Shown in pieces: positions 1-7,760 of a stretch of 64,000 nucleotides of DNA (its first letter is position 1; every line of letters starts with the position of its first letter). The position numbers and the translations under genes were made by a program. The notes under the pieces were generated by a model. The model was not told where the DNA came from, searched no databases, and saw nothing but the letters and a program-made list of their open reading frames with translations. Origin of the DNA: an uncultured Gemmatimonadales bacterium (GTDB lineage Bacteria; Gemmatimonadota; Gemmatimonadetes; Gemmatimonadales; GWC2-71-9); the NCBI GenBank assembly GCA_963796635.1, contig CAWCMH010000001.1:2788209-2852208 (forward strand), read 5' to 3'.

Positions 1-471
1 GGCGGAGATAGTGGCGCGCGGCGCACGGGCGACAGCACGGGAGGCGGTCGCCGCGGCGGGGGGAGGCGCGGCGGGAATGGCGGTGGCGGCTTTGGCGGCG
101 GTGGGTTTGGTGGCGGCGGTGGTGGCGGTGGTGGCGGCGGTGGTGGTGGTGGTGGGGGCCGCGGCGGTGGCCGTGCCTCGCGGGGCGCCGCGGACTTTGG
201 CGGAACCTACATCGTGTTCGCGCTGAAGAGCGGCCGGCCAACGCCCGTGTACGTGCAAACCGGGTTGACCGACCTCGATTATTCGGAGGTCAAGGTGGGT
301 CTGCAGCTCGGTGACTCCGTGCTGTTGCTGCCGAGCGCCGGCCTGATCCAGAATCAGCAGCAGATGCAGCAGCGCATGAGTCAGAACTCGGGGCTGCCGG
401 GTCAGGCCAAGGCGGCAGCGCCGGCCGGCGGCGGGGGCGGCGGCGGTGGTCGCCGCGGCGGAGGCATCTGA
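1..471 (+). CDS. Periplasmic efflux adaptor (HlyD/MacA-like), C-terminal part; 5' end outside window
   Basis: Frame 1 is open from nt 1. The C-terminus TYIVFALKSGRPTPVYVQTGLTDLDYSEVKVGLQLGDSVLLLP resembles the terminal strands of MacA-type adaptors. The stop overlaps the ATG of the MacB-like permease (TGATG 469-473). It contains a long Gly/Arg-rich insert (nt ~40-200). Confidence 0.6.
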   Translation, partial: GGDSGARRTGDSTGGGRRGGGRRGGNGGGGFGGGGFGGGGGGGGGGGGGGGGGRGGGRASRGAADFGGTYIVFALKSGRPTPVYVQTGLTDLDYSEVKVGLQLGDSVLLLPSAGLIQNQQQMQQRMSQNSGLPGQAKAAAPAGGGGGGGGRRGGGI

Positions 472-1682
472 TGCTGATCGGTGAAACGGTTCGCGTCGCG
501 TTCGGCAGCATCCGCGCCAACAAGCTCCGCGCGGCACTGACGATGCTGGGCGTGATCATCGGCGTGGCCGCGGTGATTACCGTGGTCGCCATGGGCAGTG
601 GTGCGCAGAAGGCCGTGCAGGACCGCATCAACTCCCTCGGCGCGAACCTCGTCACCGTCAATCCCGGCATGGGATTCAGCTTCGGGGCGGCGCGCGCCGA
701 CCGTGCGCCGATGCGCGTGTCCGATGCCGACTCGCTGCGAAGCGAGGCCACGGTATTGAGCGCCGTCGTGCCGGAACTGTCGCGTAACCAGCAGGTGGTC
801 TACCTCAACAGCAACATCAACACGAGTATCGTCGGCACGACGGCGAACTACGTGTCGGCGCACAACTACACCATTACATACGGTCGCAATTTCACCGACG
901 GTGACGACGCGGCACGGCAACGGTACGCCGTGGTTGGCGCCGACGTGCCCAAGCTGCTCAACGCCAACGCCGGCGCGTTGATCGGCCAGACCATCTCGAT
1001 CCGCGACATTCCGTTCGAGATCATCGGCGTCCTCAGTGCCAAGGGCTCCCAGGGATTCCAGAATCCCGACGAGCAGATCCTGATCCCGATCAGCACGGCG
1101 CGGTACCGGGTCTTCGGCACCGACCTGCTGCGGTCGATTTCGGTCATCGTACGCCCCGGCGTGCCGGTCGAGCAGGGCATGGTCGACGTCGAGCGCGTCC
1201 TGCGCAAGGAGCACAAGATCCGGCCGGGCCAGGACGACGATTTCCAGATCCGGTCGCCGCAGGATATTCTCGCCACGCAGCAACAGACCGCGCAGACGTT
1301 CTCGACGCTGCTGCTGTCGATCGCCGCGGTGTCGTTGATCGTCGGCGGCATCGGCATCATGAACATCATGCTGGTGTCGGTGACGGAGCGCACCAAGGAG
1401 ATCGGCATCCGCAAGGCGCTGGGTGCCACCAAGCTGACCATCATGCTGCAGTTCCTGGTCGAAGCCCTGGTGCTGTGCATCACCGGTGGTGCATTGGGAA
1501 TCTCGTTCGGCGTCGCGGCCTCGGTCTTCGTGAGCAAGCAGTACGGGACCGACATGGTGATTTCGCCGGTGGCGATCGTCGGTTCGTTCCTGTTCTCGGG
1601 GCTGGTGGGGCTGTTCTTCGGGCTGTGGCCTGCCAAGCGCGCGGCGGGGCTGGATCCGATTCAAGCGTTGCGGTATGAATAG
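471..1682 (+). CDS. MacB-type ABC transporter permease (N-terminal TM, periplasmic MacB_PCD, C-terminal FtsX 3-TM domain)
   Basis: 403 aa. The N-terminus RVAFGSIRANKLRAALTMLGVIIGVAAVI and the C-terminus ERTKEIGIRKALGATKLTIMLQFLVEALVL...GLWPAKRAAGLDPIQALRYE are family-typical. Confidence 0.85.
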   Translation: MLIGETVRVAFGSIRANKLRAALTMLGVIIGVAAVITVVAMGSGAQKAVQDRINSLGANLVTVNPGMGFSFGAARADRAPMRVSDADSLRSEATVLSAVVPELSRNQQVVYLNSNINTSIVGTTANYVSAHNYTITYGRNFTDGDDAARQRYAVVGADVPKLLNANAGALIGQTISIRDIPFEIIGVLSAKGSQGFQNPDEQILIPISTARYRVFGTDLLRSISVIVRPGVPVEQGMVDVERVLRKEHKIRPGQDDDFQIRSPQDILATQQQTAQTFSTLLLSIAAVSLIVGGIGIMNIMLVSVTERTKEIGIRKALGATKLTIMLQFLVEALVLCITGGALGISFGVAASVFVSKQYGTDMVISPVAIVGSFLFSGLVGLFFGLWPAKRAAGLDPIQALRYE

Positions 1683-1695
1683 GCGTTAGCTGTGA

Positions 1696-1750
1696 GGCGT
1701 TAGCTGTTAGCGGCTGTGGGGCTGCCAGTGGCCGTCTAACAGCTAACGGC
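1696..1750. terminator. Long hairpin built from inverted heptamer repeats, immediately 3' of the MacB-like gene
   Basis: Perfect 13-bp stem: CGTTAGCTGTTAG (1698-1710) pairs with CTAACAGCTAACG (1736-1748). No T-run follows. It is embedded in GTTAG/CTAAC heptamer arrays spanning 1683-1768. Confidence 0.45.
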
Positions 1751-1829
1751 TAACAGCTAACGACTAACGACTTCCTGAATCTTCCTGTCGGTTGTTCCGT
1801 AGTGAAACCAACCTTCACTCGGGCTTCCA

Positions 1830-2117
1830 ATGCACTTCTTCCAGTCGCTGTTCACCCTCGTGGGATTCACCGTCACGGTGGCCGGCGCGCTGTTCGCCTT
1901 CGGGCTGGCGCGGGAGTACGTGCGCAACCGCCTGCGTTTTGTCGATGCGGTGCGGCACCCGCTGGCACCGTGGATCGTGTTCCTGGGCGCCACCATCGTG
2001 CTGGTCCCGGTGGTGGCGCTGCTCCCGCTGGTCGGATTCGGGACGGCGCTGATCGTGGGCGGTAGCGCGGGTGTTGGCACCGCGAGTGGCGTCAAGGCGC
2101 TCAAGCGCGGCGAATAG
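1830..2117 (+). CDS. Small integral membrane protein, unknown function
   Basis: 95 aa with three hydrophobic segments. It is the only one of three overlapping ORFs here with a sensible composition. Confidence 0.55.
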   Translation: MHFFQSLFTLVGFTVTVAGALFAFGLAREYVRNRLRFVDAVRHPLAPWIVFLGATIVLVPVVALLPLVGFGTALIVGGSAGVGTASGVKALKRGE

Positions 2118-2138
2118 GCGCCTGCTAGTTTACCCGGC

Positions 2139-2390
2139 ATGTCCTCAGTGCAGTGCGTTCGCTGCGGCCTCGCAGGCGAACGCCAGGCGTTCAAGCCATT
2201 CGCCACCGATCTGGGCGACCGGATCTACCAGACCATCTGCAAGTCGTGCTGGGCCGACTGGCTCAAGCAACAGCAGCAGCTGATCAACCACTACGCCCTG
2301 GTGCCGCATCAGCCCAAGGCGCGCGAGCTCCTGCTGCGCAACATGGAGCAGTTTCTCTTTGGTGAGGGGGCTGCCGACCGCGTGCCGTGA
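2139..2390 (+). CDS. yggX: Fe(2+)-trafficking / oxidative-damage protection protein, YggX family
   Basis: 83 aa. The pattern CxRC...G..IY..ISK..W..W...Q..LINH...LLRNMEQFLFGEG aligns with E. coli YggX along its length. TAGTTT lies 7 nt before the ATG. Confidence 0.75.
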   Translation: MSSVQCVRCGLAGERQAFKPFATDLGDRIYQTICKSCWADWLKQQQQLINHYALVPHQPKARELLLRNMEQFLFGEGAADRVP

Positions 2391-2436
2391 GGCGGCGTTC
2401 GTTCGTCCCTTGATACGCCTGTTTCAAGGAGATTCG

Positions 2437-2964
2437 ATGACGCAGCCATTCGAGGCGCAGCCTCCTCGCGATGCCGCCCTCCGCCGCGAAGGCATCATCG
2501 CGGGCGTGCTGGGCGCCGCGGTCGTGGCGGCCTTCTACCTGGTGGTCGACCTGATCCATGGCCGGGCCTTGATGACGCCGAGCGTGCTGGGCGAGGCGTT
2601 CGTGCTGCATGTGCCCGTTTCGCTGACGCAGCCGGATACCGGCGCCATTCTCGCCTACACGGCGCTGCACCTGGTCGCGTTCATCGCGTTCGGATTGCTG
2701 CTGACCGCGTTGATCCGCACGTCGGAACACAGCGTCATCGCGCGCGACGCGGCCATTCAGTTGCTGGTGGCGTTCCTGGTGTTCTTCTACGGCATCCTGT
2801 CGGTGGGATCGGAAGTGGTGCGCGGGATGTTTTCGTTCGTCGGCGTGCTGGCGGCGAATGCACTGGCTGGCGCGGTGATGATCTGGTGGCTGCTGTACCG
2901 TCATCCCGAATTGCGGGCCGCGTTCCGCCGGACCCCGCTCGACACGGACGACCTACCGGTCTGA
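2437..2964 (+). CDS. Integral membrane protein, unknown function
   Basis: The ATG at 2437 is preceded by AAGGAG (2425-2430). About 5 hydrophobic helices. The ORF-track start at 2359 is less likely. Confidence 0.6.
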   Translation: MTQPFEAQPPRDAALRREGIIAGVLGAAVVAAFYLVVDLIHGRALMTPSVLGEAFVLHVPVSLTQPDTGAILAYTALHLVAFIAFGLLLTALIRTSEHSVIARDAAIQLLVAFLVFFYGILSVGSEVVRGMFSFVGVLAANALAGAVMIWWLLYRHPELRAAFRRTPLDTDDLPV

Positions 2965-3933
2965 CGTCGTCGCTCCCCACCGCAGTCCGATACTGAACCC
3001 GACATCGAGTGCAGGGCCTCGCGGGGCGAGGTCCTGCGTCATGCCGAGCTGCAGCTCCGGCCAGGTGCGCCGGACATGCAGCAGAAACCCGAAATCCGCA
3101 CTCAGCTCGGCGTCGTCCATGGTGTGAAAGCCGGTGTCGTGCCAGCTCGGCGACTGCGACCACACGCCGAAGAACGCCGACTGTCGACCGGCGAATCGCC
3201 ACCGGAGCGACGCCAGCCCGCTGGCAAAGCTGCGCTGCTGATACTCGGCCAGCGCGCCGTGCGTCGGCGTATAGCCAGCGCTCACACTGGCATCGAGTGC
3301 GACGCGCGCGTTGCGAATCAGCGCCGCCGTGGCGGCAAGCGAGGTTCCGACGACATGTCGCGCCCAGCCATCGACGGCGGTCGTGGCGGTCGGCAGCGTC
3401 GCGGTCGCAATCAGCTCGACGCGCCCCGTGCGCCACCCGGCGCCGCCGCGTACATCGCCGAGAAACGTGCCCGGACGCGGGCGGTCGACGTTCATGTCCG
3501 GGAGCACGAACGCCCACCGAAAGTGATCGAGCGGCAACTGATTTCGCGCGGGAACCGCGAGACCGAAGAGGCGGTGGTACCAGTTCAGGAAGCCATCGAG
3601 AAAACCGTCGTACCCCCCGCGCAACGGCACGTCGGCGATCGCGAAGAAGTGGCGGCCAAGATCGCGCGAAATCCATGCATCGGCCTGGAGAACTTCACTG
3701 TCGAAGACGTATTGTCGCCGGAACGGCACGTCGGTCTCGGCGACCTCGACGGCGTTGTAGTAATCGGTGAGGACCCGCAGTTGCCAGCCTTGATGCGGTG
3801 ACAGGTACGGCTGTGCGTACAGCGCGCTGCGGGACTCGAGAACCGGATTGGCGGGGACGTACGGCGGAATATCCTGCGCCGCCAGCGCCGACGGTGCAAG
3901 GAACAGAAGCGCCAGTGCGAGCGTGCGGCCCAT
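2953..3933 (-). CDS. Secreted beta-rich protein, probable outer-membrane protein (DUF3187-like, tentative)
   Basis: Signal peptide MGRTLALALLFLAPSALAAQ and alternating beta-type sequence through to the C-terminus. TATATT lies 5 nt before the ATG at 3933. Confidence 0.55.
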   Translation of the reverse strand: MGRTLALALLFLAPSALAAQDIPPYVPANPVLESRSALYAQPYLSPHQGWQLRVLTDYYNAVEVAETDVPFRRQYVFDSEVLQADAWISRDLGRHFFAIADVPLRGGYDGFLDGFLNWYHRLFGLAVPARNQLPLDHFRWAFVLPDMNVDRPRPGTFLGDVRGGAGWRTGRVELIATATLPTATTAVDGWARHVVGTSLAATAALIRNARVALDASVSAGYTPTHGALAEYQQRSFASGLASLRWRFAGRQSAFFGVWSQSPSWHDTGFHTMDDAELSADFGFLLHVRRTWPELQLGMTQDLAPRGPALDVGFSIGLRWGATTSDR

Positions 3934-3936
3934 GCG

Positions 3937-3958
3937 GCAATATATCAACATATATTGC
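3937..3958. promoter_or_regulatory. Perfect AT-rich palindrome filling the divergent intergenic gap; two symmetric -10 boxes
   Basis: GCAATATAT-CAAC-ATATATTGC. TATATT (3951-3956) lies 7 nt before ATG 3964. TATATT on the minus strand (3944-3939) lies 5 nt before ATG 3933. Confidence 0.5.
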
Positions 3959-3963
3959 GGTCA

Positions 3964-4551
3964 ATGCGTCAACCGGTTCGCGCCGCCGTGATCTCCGTGG
4001 TCGCCATCATCGTGGCCCACCTGCTCGATGGGTGGGCGTTTGTGCATCTGTCACGCGCCGGCGTCTATGATCACGATCTGGGCCGGATGCTCCGCACCGC
4101 AGGCTACCTGCCGGTGTGGTGGATCATCGCGCTGGGCATCGGCCTGCAACTGCAGCGGAAACGCGAAGCGTTGCAGCTCGCGATCGTGCCGACCGTGAGC
4201 GGGCTGCTGTGCGAAGTGCTCAAGATGCTGTTGCGGCGCGAACGACCGGGACTGCACGCCGGGCACTACTACTTCCGCCCGTTTACCAACCAACCGTTCT
4301 ACACCCGCGATATCGGACTGCCCAGCAGTCACGCGATGGTGGCATTCGCGGCGGCCTGGGTGCTGTGCTGGCTGTATCCGCGCGGATGGCCGGTGTGGGT
4401 CGGGATGGCCGTTGCCTGCGGCATCACTCGCGTCATGGCGACGGCGCACTTCCTCAGCGACGTCACGGTCGGCGCGGTGGCCGCGTATTTCCTCGTCGAG
4501 ATCATGATGCGGCGGTGGGAAGGTGCGGCCGCGGCTCCTCGCGTGGCATGA
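3964..4551 (+). CDS. PAP2-family (type 2 phosphatidic acid / undecaprenyl-PP type) phosphatase
   Basis: Three signature motifs: KMLLRRERP, PSSH, TRVMATAHFLSD. Multi-TM protein. Confidence 0.8.
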   Translation: MRQPVRAAVISVVAIIVAHLLDGWAFVHLSRAGVYDHDLGRMLRTAGYLPVWWIIALGIGLQLQRKREALQLAIVPTVSGLLCEVLKMLLRRERPGLHAGHYYFRPFTNQPFYTRDIGLPSSHAMVAFAAAWVLCWLYPRGWPVWVGMAVACGITRVMATAHFLSDVTVGAVAAYFLVEIMMRRWEGAAAAPRVA

Positions 4552-4554
4552 AGC

Positions 4555-4582
4555 GCCGGGGCGTGCGGTCGCACGCCCCGGC
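4555..4582. terminator. Bidirectional GC-rich hairpin between convergent genes
   Basis: GCCGGGGCGTGCG / CGCACGCCCCGGC. Arms of 12-13 bp flank a central GT. It sits between the stops at 4551 (+) and 4591 (-). Confidence 0.6.
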
Positions 4583-4590
4583 CGCTACGG

Positions 4591-5790
4591 CTACGGCATT
4601 TTCACCGGGATCGTCTCGGCGTGCTTCTGCCGCACGACCTGGAGCTTGAACTCCTCACCCCGGTCATAGCTCGCCACGATGCGCATCAGCTGCGATGGCG
4701 TGGTGACCTTGCGTCCGTCGACTGCGGTGATCACGTCGCCGGGCAGGAGGTCGAGCTCCGGTGTCTTGAAATTCATTTGGATGGAATCGGCGAGCACGCG
4801 TACATCGCCCCGTGCCACCACGCTGGTGCGGGGTCCATCGTACGCCACCCAACTGCGGCGATCCGCGACGTTGTTGATCACCAGGACGCCTTCGGTCGTT
4901 CCGAAATAGGCGCCCAGCTTGTCGTTCATCGGCGCGAGTTCGATGTTGCCGAACAATCGCGCCGGTCCGTACGCGTCGCCGAATCCGTCGCCTTCGAACA
5001 CGCTGAACGACTGCATGTCAGGCGCCAAGGCGGGCACGCTGATCGTCGACACGACATTGCCCCGTGGCGCGGCGAACAACTTGGTGAACGGCTCGCCCTG
5101 GGCGATGGCTGGCTGCGTCATGTCGCTCTCGTCCGGCGTCACGTGCACGGTGTGCATCTGGTTGCCGCGACGCAGTTCGACGGCCACCGACTTGCCGATG
5201 TCGAGCTGCGCAATGATCGTTGTCAGCCGCACATACGGCAGCGACGCATCGGTGGCGCTCGCATCCTTGCGGTCCTTCTCGACCAGCGACTTGCCGGCAA
5301 TGCGGGTGATGATATCGCCCGACAGGATCCCCGCCTGCGCCGCCGGACTGCCCGGTGTCACCGCCATCACGTAGGCGCCCCAGCGGTCCGTATCCCGGGG
5401 CCGGTAGTCGACAGCAATACCGAAGTGCGGCTGGGCCCGCCACGACGCCTGCAGGCGCGACTTCAACCCCTGCAGTTCGTTGCGGGTGGCGAGCTCGACT
5501 TGCGGCAACCGCAGCGCCAGCGTGGTGATCGGCTGCAGCGTGTCGAGGCGGACCTGTGCCATGTCCCGCTGCAGATCCTTGAGCCGGGCGGCCATCAGTC
5601 GACCGGCCTCCGCCACATTGCGGGCGCCGAGGATACTGTCGAGCTGGATTTCGATGCGCGCGGTGCGCGCTGAGTCGGCGAGCTGGATGACCTGATCCGT
5701 GCGATCCGGCCGGCGAATGATCAGTTCGGTCTGCGCCGTGGCCGCCGTGGCCGTGCACACGCTCAGTCCGATGACGATGAGAGATCGCAT
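4591..5790 (-). CDS. Periplasmic protein with two PDZ domains
   Basis: Signal peptide. PDZ carboxylate-loop regions PGSPAAQAGILSGDIITRIAG and LLPGDVITAVDGRKV. AGGAG lies 8 nt upstream. It is the last gene of the sigma/anti-sigma operon. Confidence 0.7.
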   Translation of the reverse strand: MRSLIVIGLSVCTATAATAQTELIIRRPDRTDQVIQLADSARTARIEIQLDSILGARNVAEAGRLMAARLKDLQRDMAQVRLDTLQPITTLALRLPQVELATRNELQGLKSRLQASWRAQPHFGIAVDYRPRDTDRWGAYVMAVTPGSPAAQAGILSGDIITRIAGKSLVEKDRKDASATDASLPYVRLTTIIAQLDIGKSVAVELRRGNQMHTVHVTPDESDMTQPAIAQGEPFTKLFAAPRGNVVSTISVPALAPDMQSFSVFEGDGFGDAYGPARLFGNIELAPMNDKLGAYFGTTEGVLVINNVADRRSWVAYDGPRTSVVARGDVRVLADSIQMNFKTPELDLLPGDVITAVDGRKVTTPSQLMRIVASYDRGEEFKLQVVRQKHAETIPVKMP

Positions 5791-5814
5791 GATAGTGCTC
5801 CTGAAAACGACGGG

Positions 5815-6423
5815 TCAGAGACCTACGTTGCTGGCTTGGCCGAGCTGGACGTTGACGAGGGCGTTCATGAGCCCGACTCGCTCCTGCCACAGGCGAAGGT
5901 CGCGCCGCACGCGTGCCTGCGGTTGCAGCGGAGCCGCCTGCGCCAGTTGGGCGTCGAGGTCGGCGATGCGCGCCTCGAGTTGCACGACGGCCATCGCCGT
6001 GCTGCCGTCGGTGACGCGCGCGTCGGGATTCCAGGCGTGCAGCTCACGTTCGAGCTGCTGCGACCGACCCATCTCCGCCTGCAACTGCTGCTCGGCGTCG
6101 AGCTCGCGGGGATGGATCAGGTCGCGGCTGATGAACCCGAGCAACAGGGCGGCGGCGAGACCGATGCCGGTGCCGGCGGCCAGGCGCACGCGGCGCTGGT
6201 GCCGATCAACGGTGATCCGCTGTCGGACGGCGGGAAATTCATCGGTCGCAGGTGCCAGCCCGGGCAGCGCACGCAGCCGTGCCGTGCGCTGATGCAGTCG
6301 CTGCAGCTCGTCCTGACAGTGCGGGCAATCGGCCAGATGCTGGTGCACGCCGGCCATGCCGGGCTCGCTGCGATCATCGTCGCGCAGCGCGAGCAGCTGC
6401 GCCATGTCGAGGTGGCCGGTCAT
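5815..6423 (-). CDS. Anti-sigma factor (zf-HC2 N-terminus, one TM, coiled-coil periplasmic part)
   Basis: HxxxCxxC motif HLADCPHCQDEL and TM segment GTGIGLAAALLLGFI. Its start overlaps the sigma gene stop by 4 nt. Confidence 0.65.
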   Translation of the reverse strand: MTGHLDMAQLLALRDDDRSEPGMAGVHQHLADCPHCQDELQRLHQRTARLRALPGLAPATDEFPAVRQRITVDRHQRRVRLAAGTGIGLAAALLLGFISRDLIHPRELDAEQQLQAEMGRSQQLERELHAWNPDARVTDGSTAMAVVQLEARIADLDAQLAQAAPLQPQARVRRDLRLWQERVGLMNALVNVQLGQASNVGL

Positions 6424-6974
6424 GCCGGGACCTCCTCACCCAACCAGATGCGCAGCCGGGCGTGGGCCCGGGCCAGCTGGGATTTCGAGAAGCTCGCCGT
6501 CCGCCCCATCTGACCGGCGATTTCCTCGTGGGTATACCCCTCGACATCGTGGAGCCAGACCACCGCGCGGGCCGTGTCGGACAGCCGTGACAGCGCGCTT
6601 TCGAGATCCATCCGGAGCCCTTGCGACGCAGGCCGGGAGGCAACCACCTCGTCGTCGAGCTCATCGGTGACGCGATACTTGTTGCGGCGCAGTCGCATCA
6701 GCGCCTTGCTCGACGCCACGGTACGGATCCACGCCCAGATCGAGCCGTCTCCCCGGTAGTTGCGAATACTACGACAGACCTCGAAGAAGGTCTCCTGCAG
6801 GATATCCTCGGCGTCTTCCGTGGTGCGGCAGATCCGGCGCGAGAGATTGTAGACCGGCGTGGCGTAGGCCCGGTACAGCGCTTCGAGGGCGACCGGGTCG
6901 CCCGCCCGGGCGCGGGCCACGATCGCATCGGCATCCGGCAGGGCCATGGTATCCATGGTCAGGGTTCGTGTCAT
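6420..6974 (-). CDS. ECF (group IV) sigma-70 factor
   Basis: Region 2 (DAEDILQETFFEV...WAWIRTVA) and region 4 (VVWLHDVEGYTHEEIAGQMGRTASFSKSQLARA). TATACT (6986-6981) lies 6 nt before ATG 6974, which favours this start over the ORF-track start at 7046. Confidence 0.85.
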   Translation of the reverse strand: MTRTLTMDTMALPDADAIVARARAGDPVALEALYRAYATPVYNLSRRICRTTEDAEDILQETFFEVCRSIRNYRGDGSIWAWIRTVASSKALMRLRRNKYRVTDELDDEVVASRPASQGLRMDLESALSRLSDTARAVVWLHDVEGYTHEEIAGQMGRTASFSKSQLARAHARLRIWLGEEVPA

Positions 6975-7056
6975 GGTAGGAGTATAGATGCGGGACCGTG
7001 GGGATGGGTTGCGGGAGGCCCCGGCGAACAGGGCCGACGCCGACAAACTCCTGACG

Positions 7057-7098
7057 GCTAATGCCTAATGCCTAACGCCTAACGCCTAACGCCTCCCC
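7057..7098. repeat. Tandem heptamer array (GCCTAAY)x5-6
   Basis: ggctaat gcctaat gcctaac gcctaac gcctaac gcctccc. Confidence 0.8.
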
Positions 7099-7132
7099 GC
7101 TATACTTCCGTCCTCCTTCCCAAGGCTGCCCC

Positions 7133-7723
7133 ATGTGGAAATGGATCGTCGGCGCCGCGCTGGTCCTGGTCGTCGTGCTGGCCGGAACCTGCTGGTGGGG
7201 CTATCGCCGACTCACGGCGGGTGGCGACGTTGCCCGCGTCAGCATCGATGCGCCGCCAGCCAGGGTGTTCGCGTCGCTGGCCGATCCCGATTCGATGGCC
7301 GTCTGGATGAGCACCGGCAGTACGGTAACCGCGTCACATCACGGCATGCTCGCCGTCGGTGACACGGTGCACGTCGACCGGATGGAGCGCGCGCGGCACG
7401 AGCGATACACCTGGACCGTCGCGGCGCTGGTCCCCGATCAGCTGCTGGTGCTCGAAATGCGCAGTGATTCAAGCGGGCAGGCAGTCGCCACCCAGCGCGA
7501 TTCACTGGCACAGCACGGCGACTCGACCGACGTCATCAGTACCATCGCCTCGCCGCTCATCGACTCCCTGCGCCAGCGCCGCGGCGACAGCAGCGCCAAG
7601 GTGCCAAGTGCGATTCTCGAGATGAGCTCGAAGGTGCTGACGTCTGCGCTGCGCGTGCTGGCGGAGCAGGAACTGGATCGGCTGAAGGCGAGGATCGAAG
7701 GGAAGCCGATGCCGGCGAGATAG
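7133..7723 (+). CDS. SRPBCC/START-like domain protein with N-terminal TM anchor (tentative)
   Basis: N-terminal TM helix, then VSIDAPPARVFASLADPDSMAVWM, typical of polyketide-cyclase/SRPBCC N-termini. TATACT at 7101-7106. Confidence 0.55.
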   Translation: MWKWIVGAALVLVVVLAGTCWWGYRRLTAGGDVARVSIDAPPARVFASLADPDSMAVWMSTGSTVTASHHGMLAVGDTVHVDRMERARHERYTWTVAALVPDQLLVLEMRSDSSGQAVATQRDSLAQHGDSTDVISTIASPLIDSLRQRRGDSSAKVPSAILEMSSKVLTSALRVLAEQELDRLKARIEGKPMPAR

Positions 7724-7753
7724 GCGTTAGGGGTTAGGCGTTAGACGTTAGGG
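7724..7753. repeat. Tandem heptamer array (GTTAGNN)x4, inverse complement of the 7057-7098 array
   Basis: gttaggg gttaggc gttagac gttaggg. Confidence 0.8.
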
Positions 7754-7760
7754 GGGACAG

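Noticed and set aside
402-1664. Long antisense or alternative-frame ORFs (also 34441-36408, 58245-60860, 61180-62949, 7830-8780 and many others)
   Set aside because: They are Arg/His/Gly/Asp-rich shadow ORFs of the kind produced opposite real genes in high-GC DNA. Each overlaps a gene with clear family signatures.
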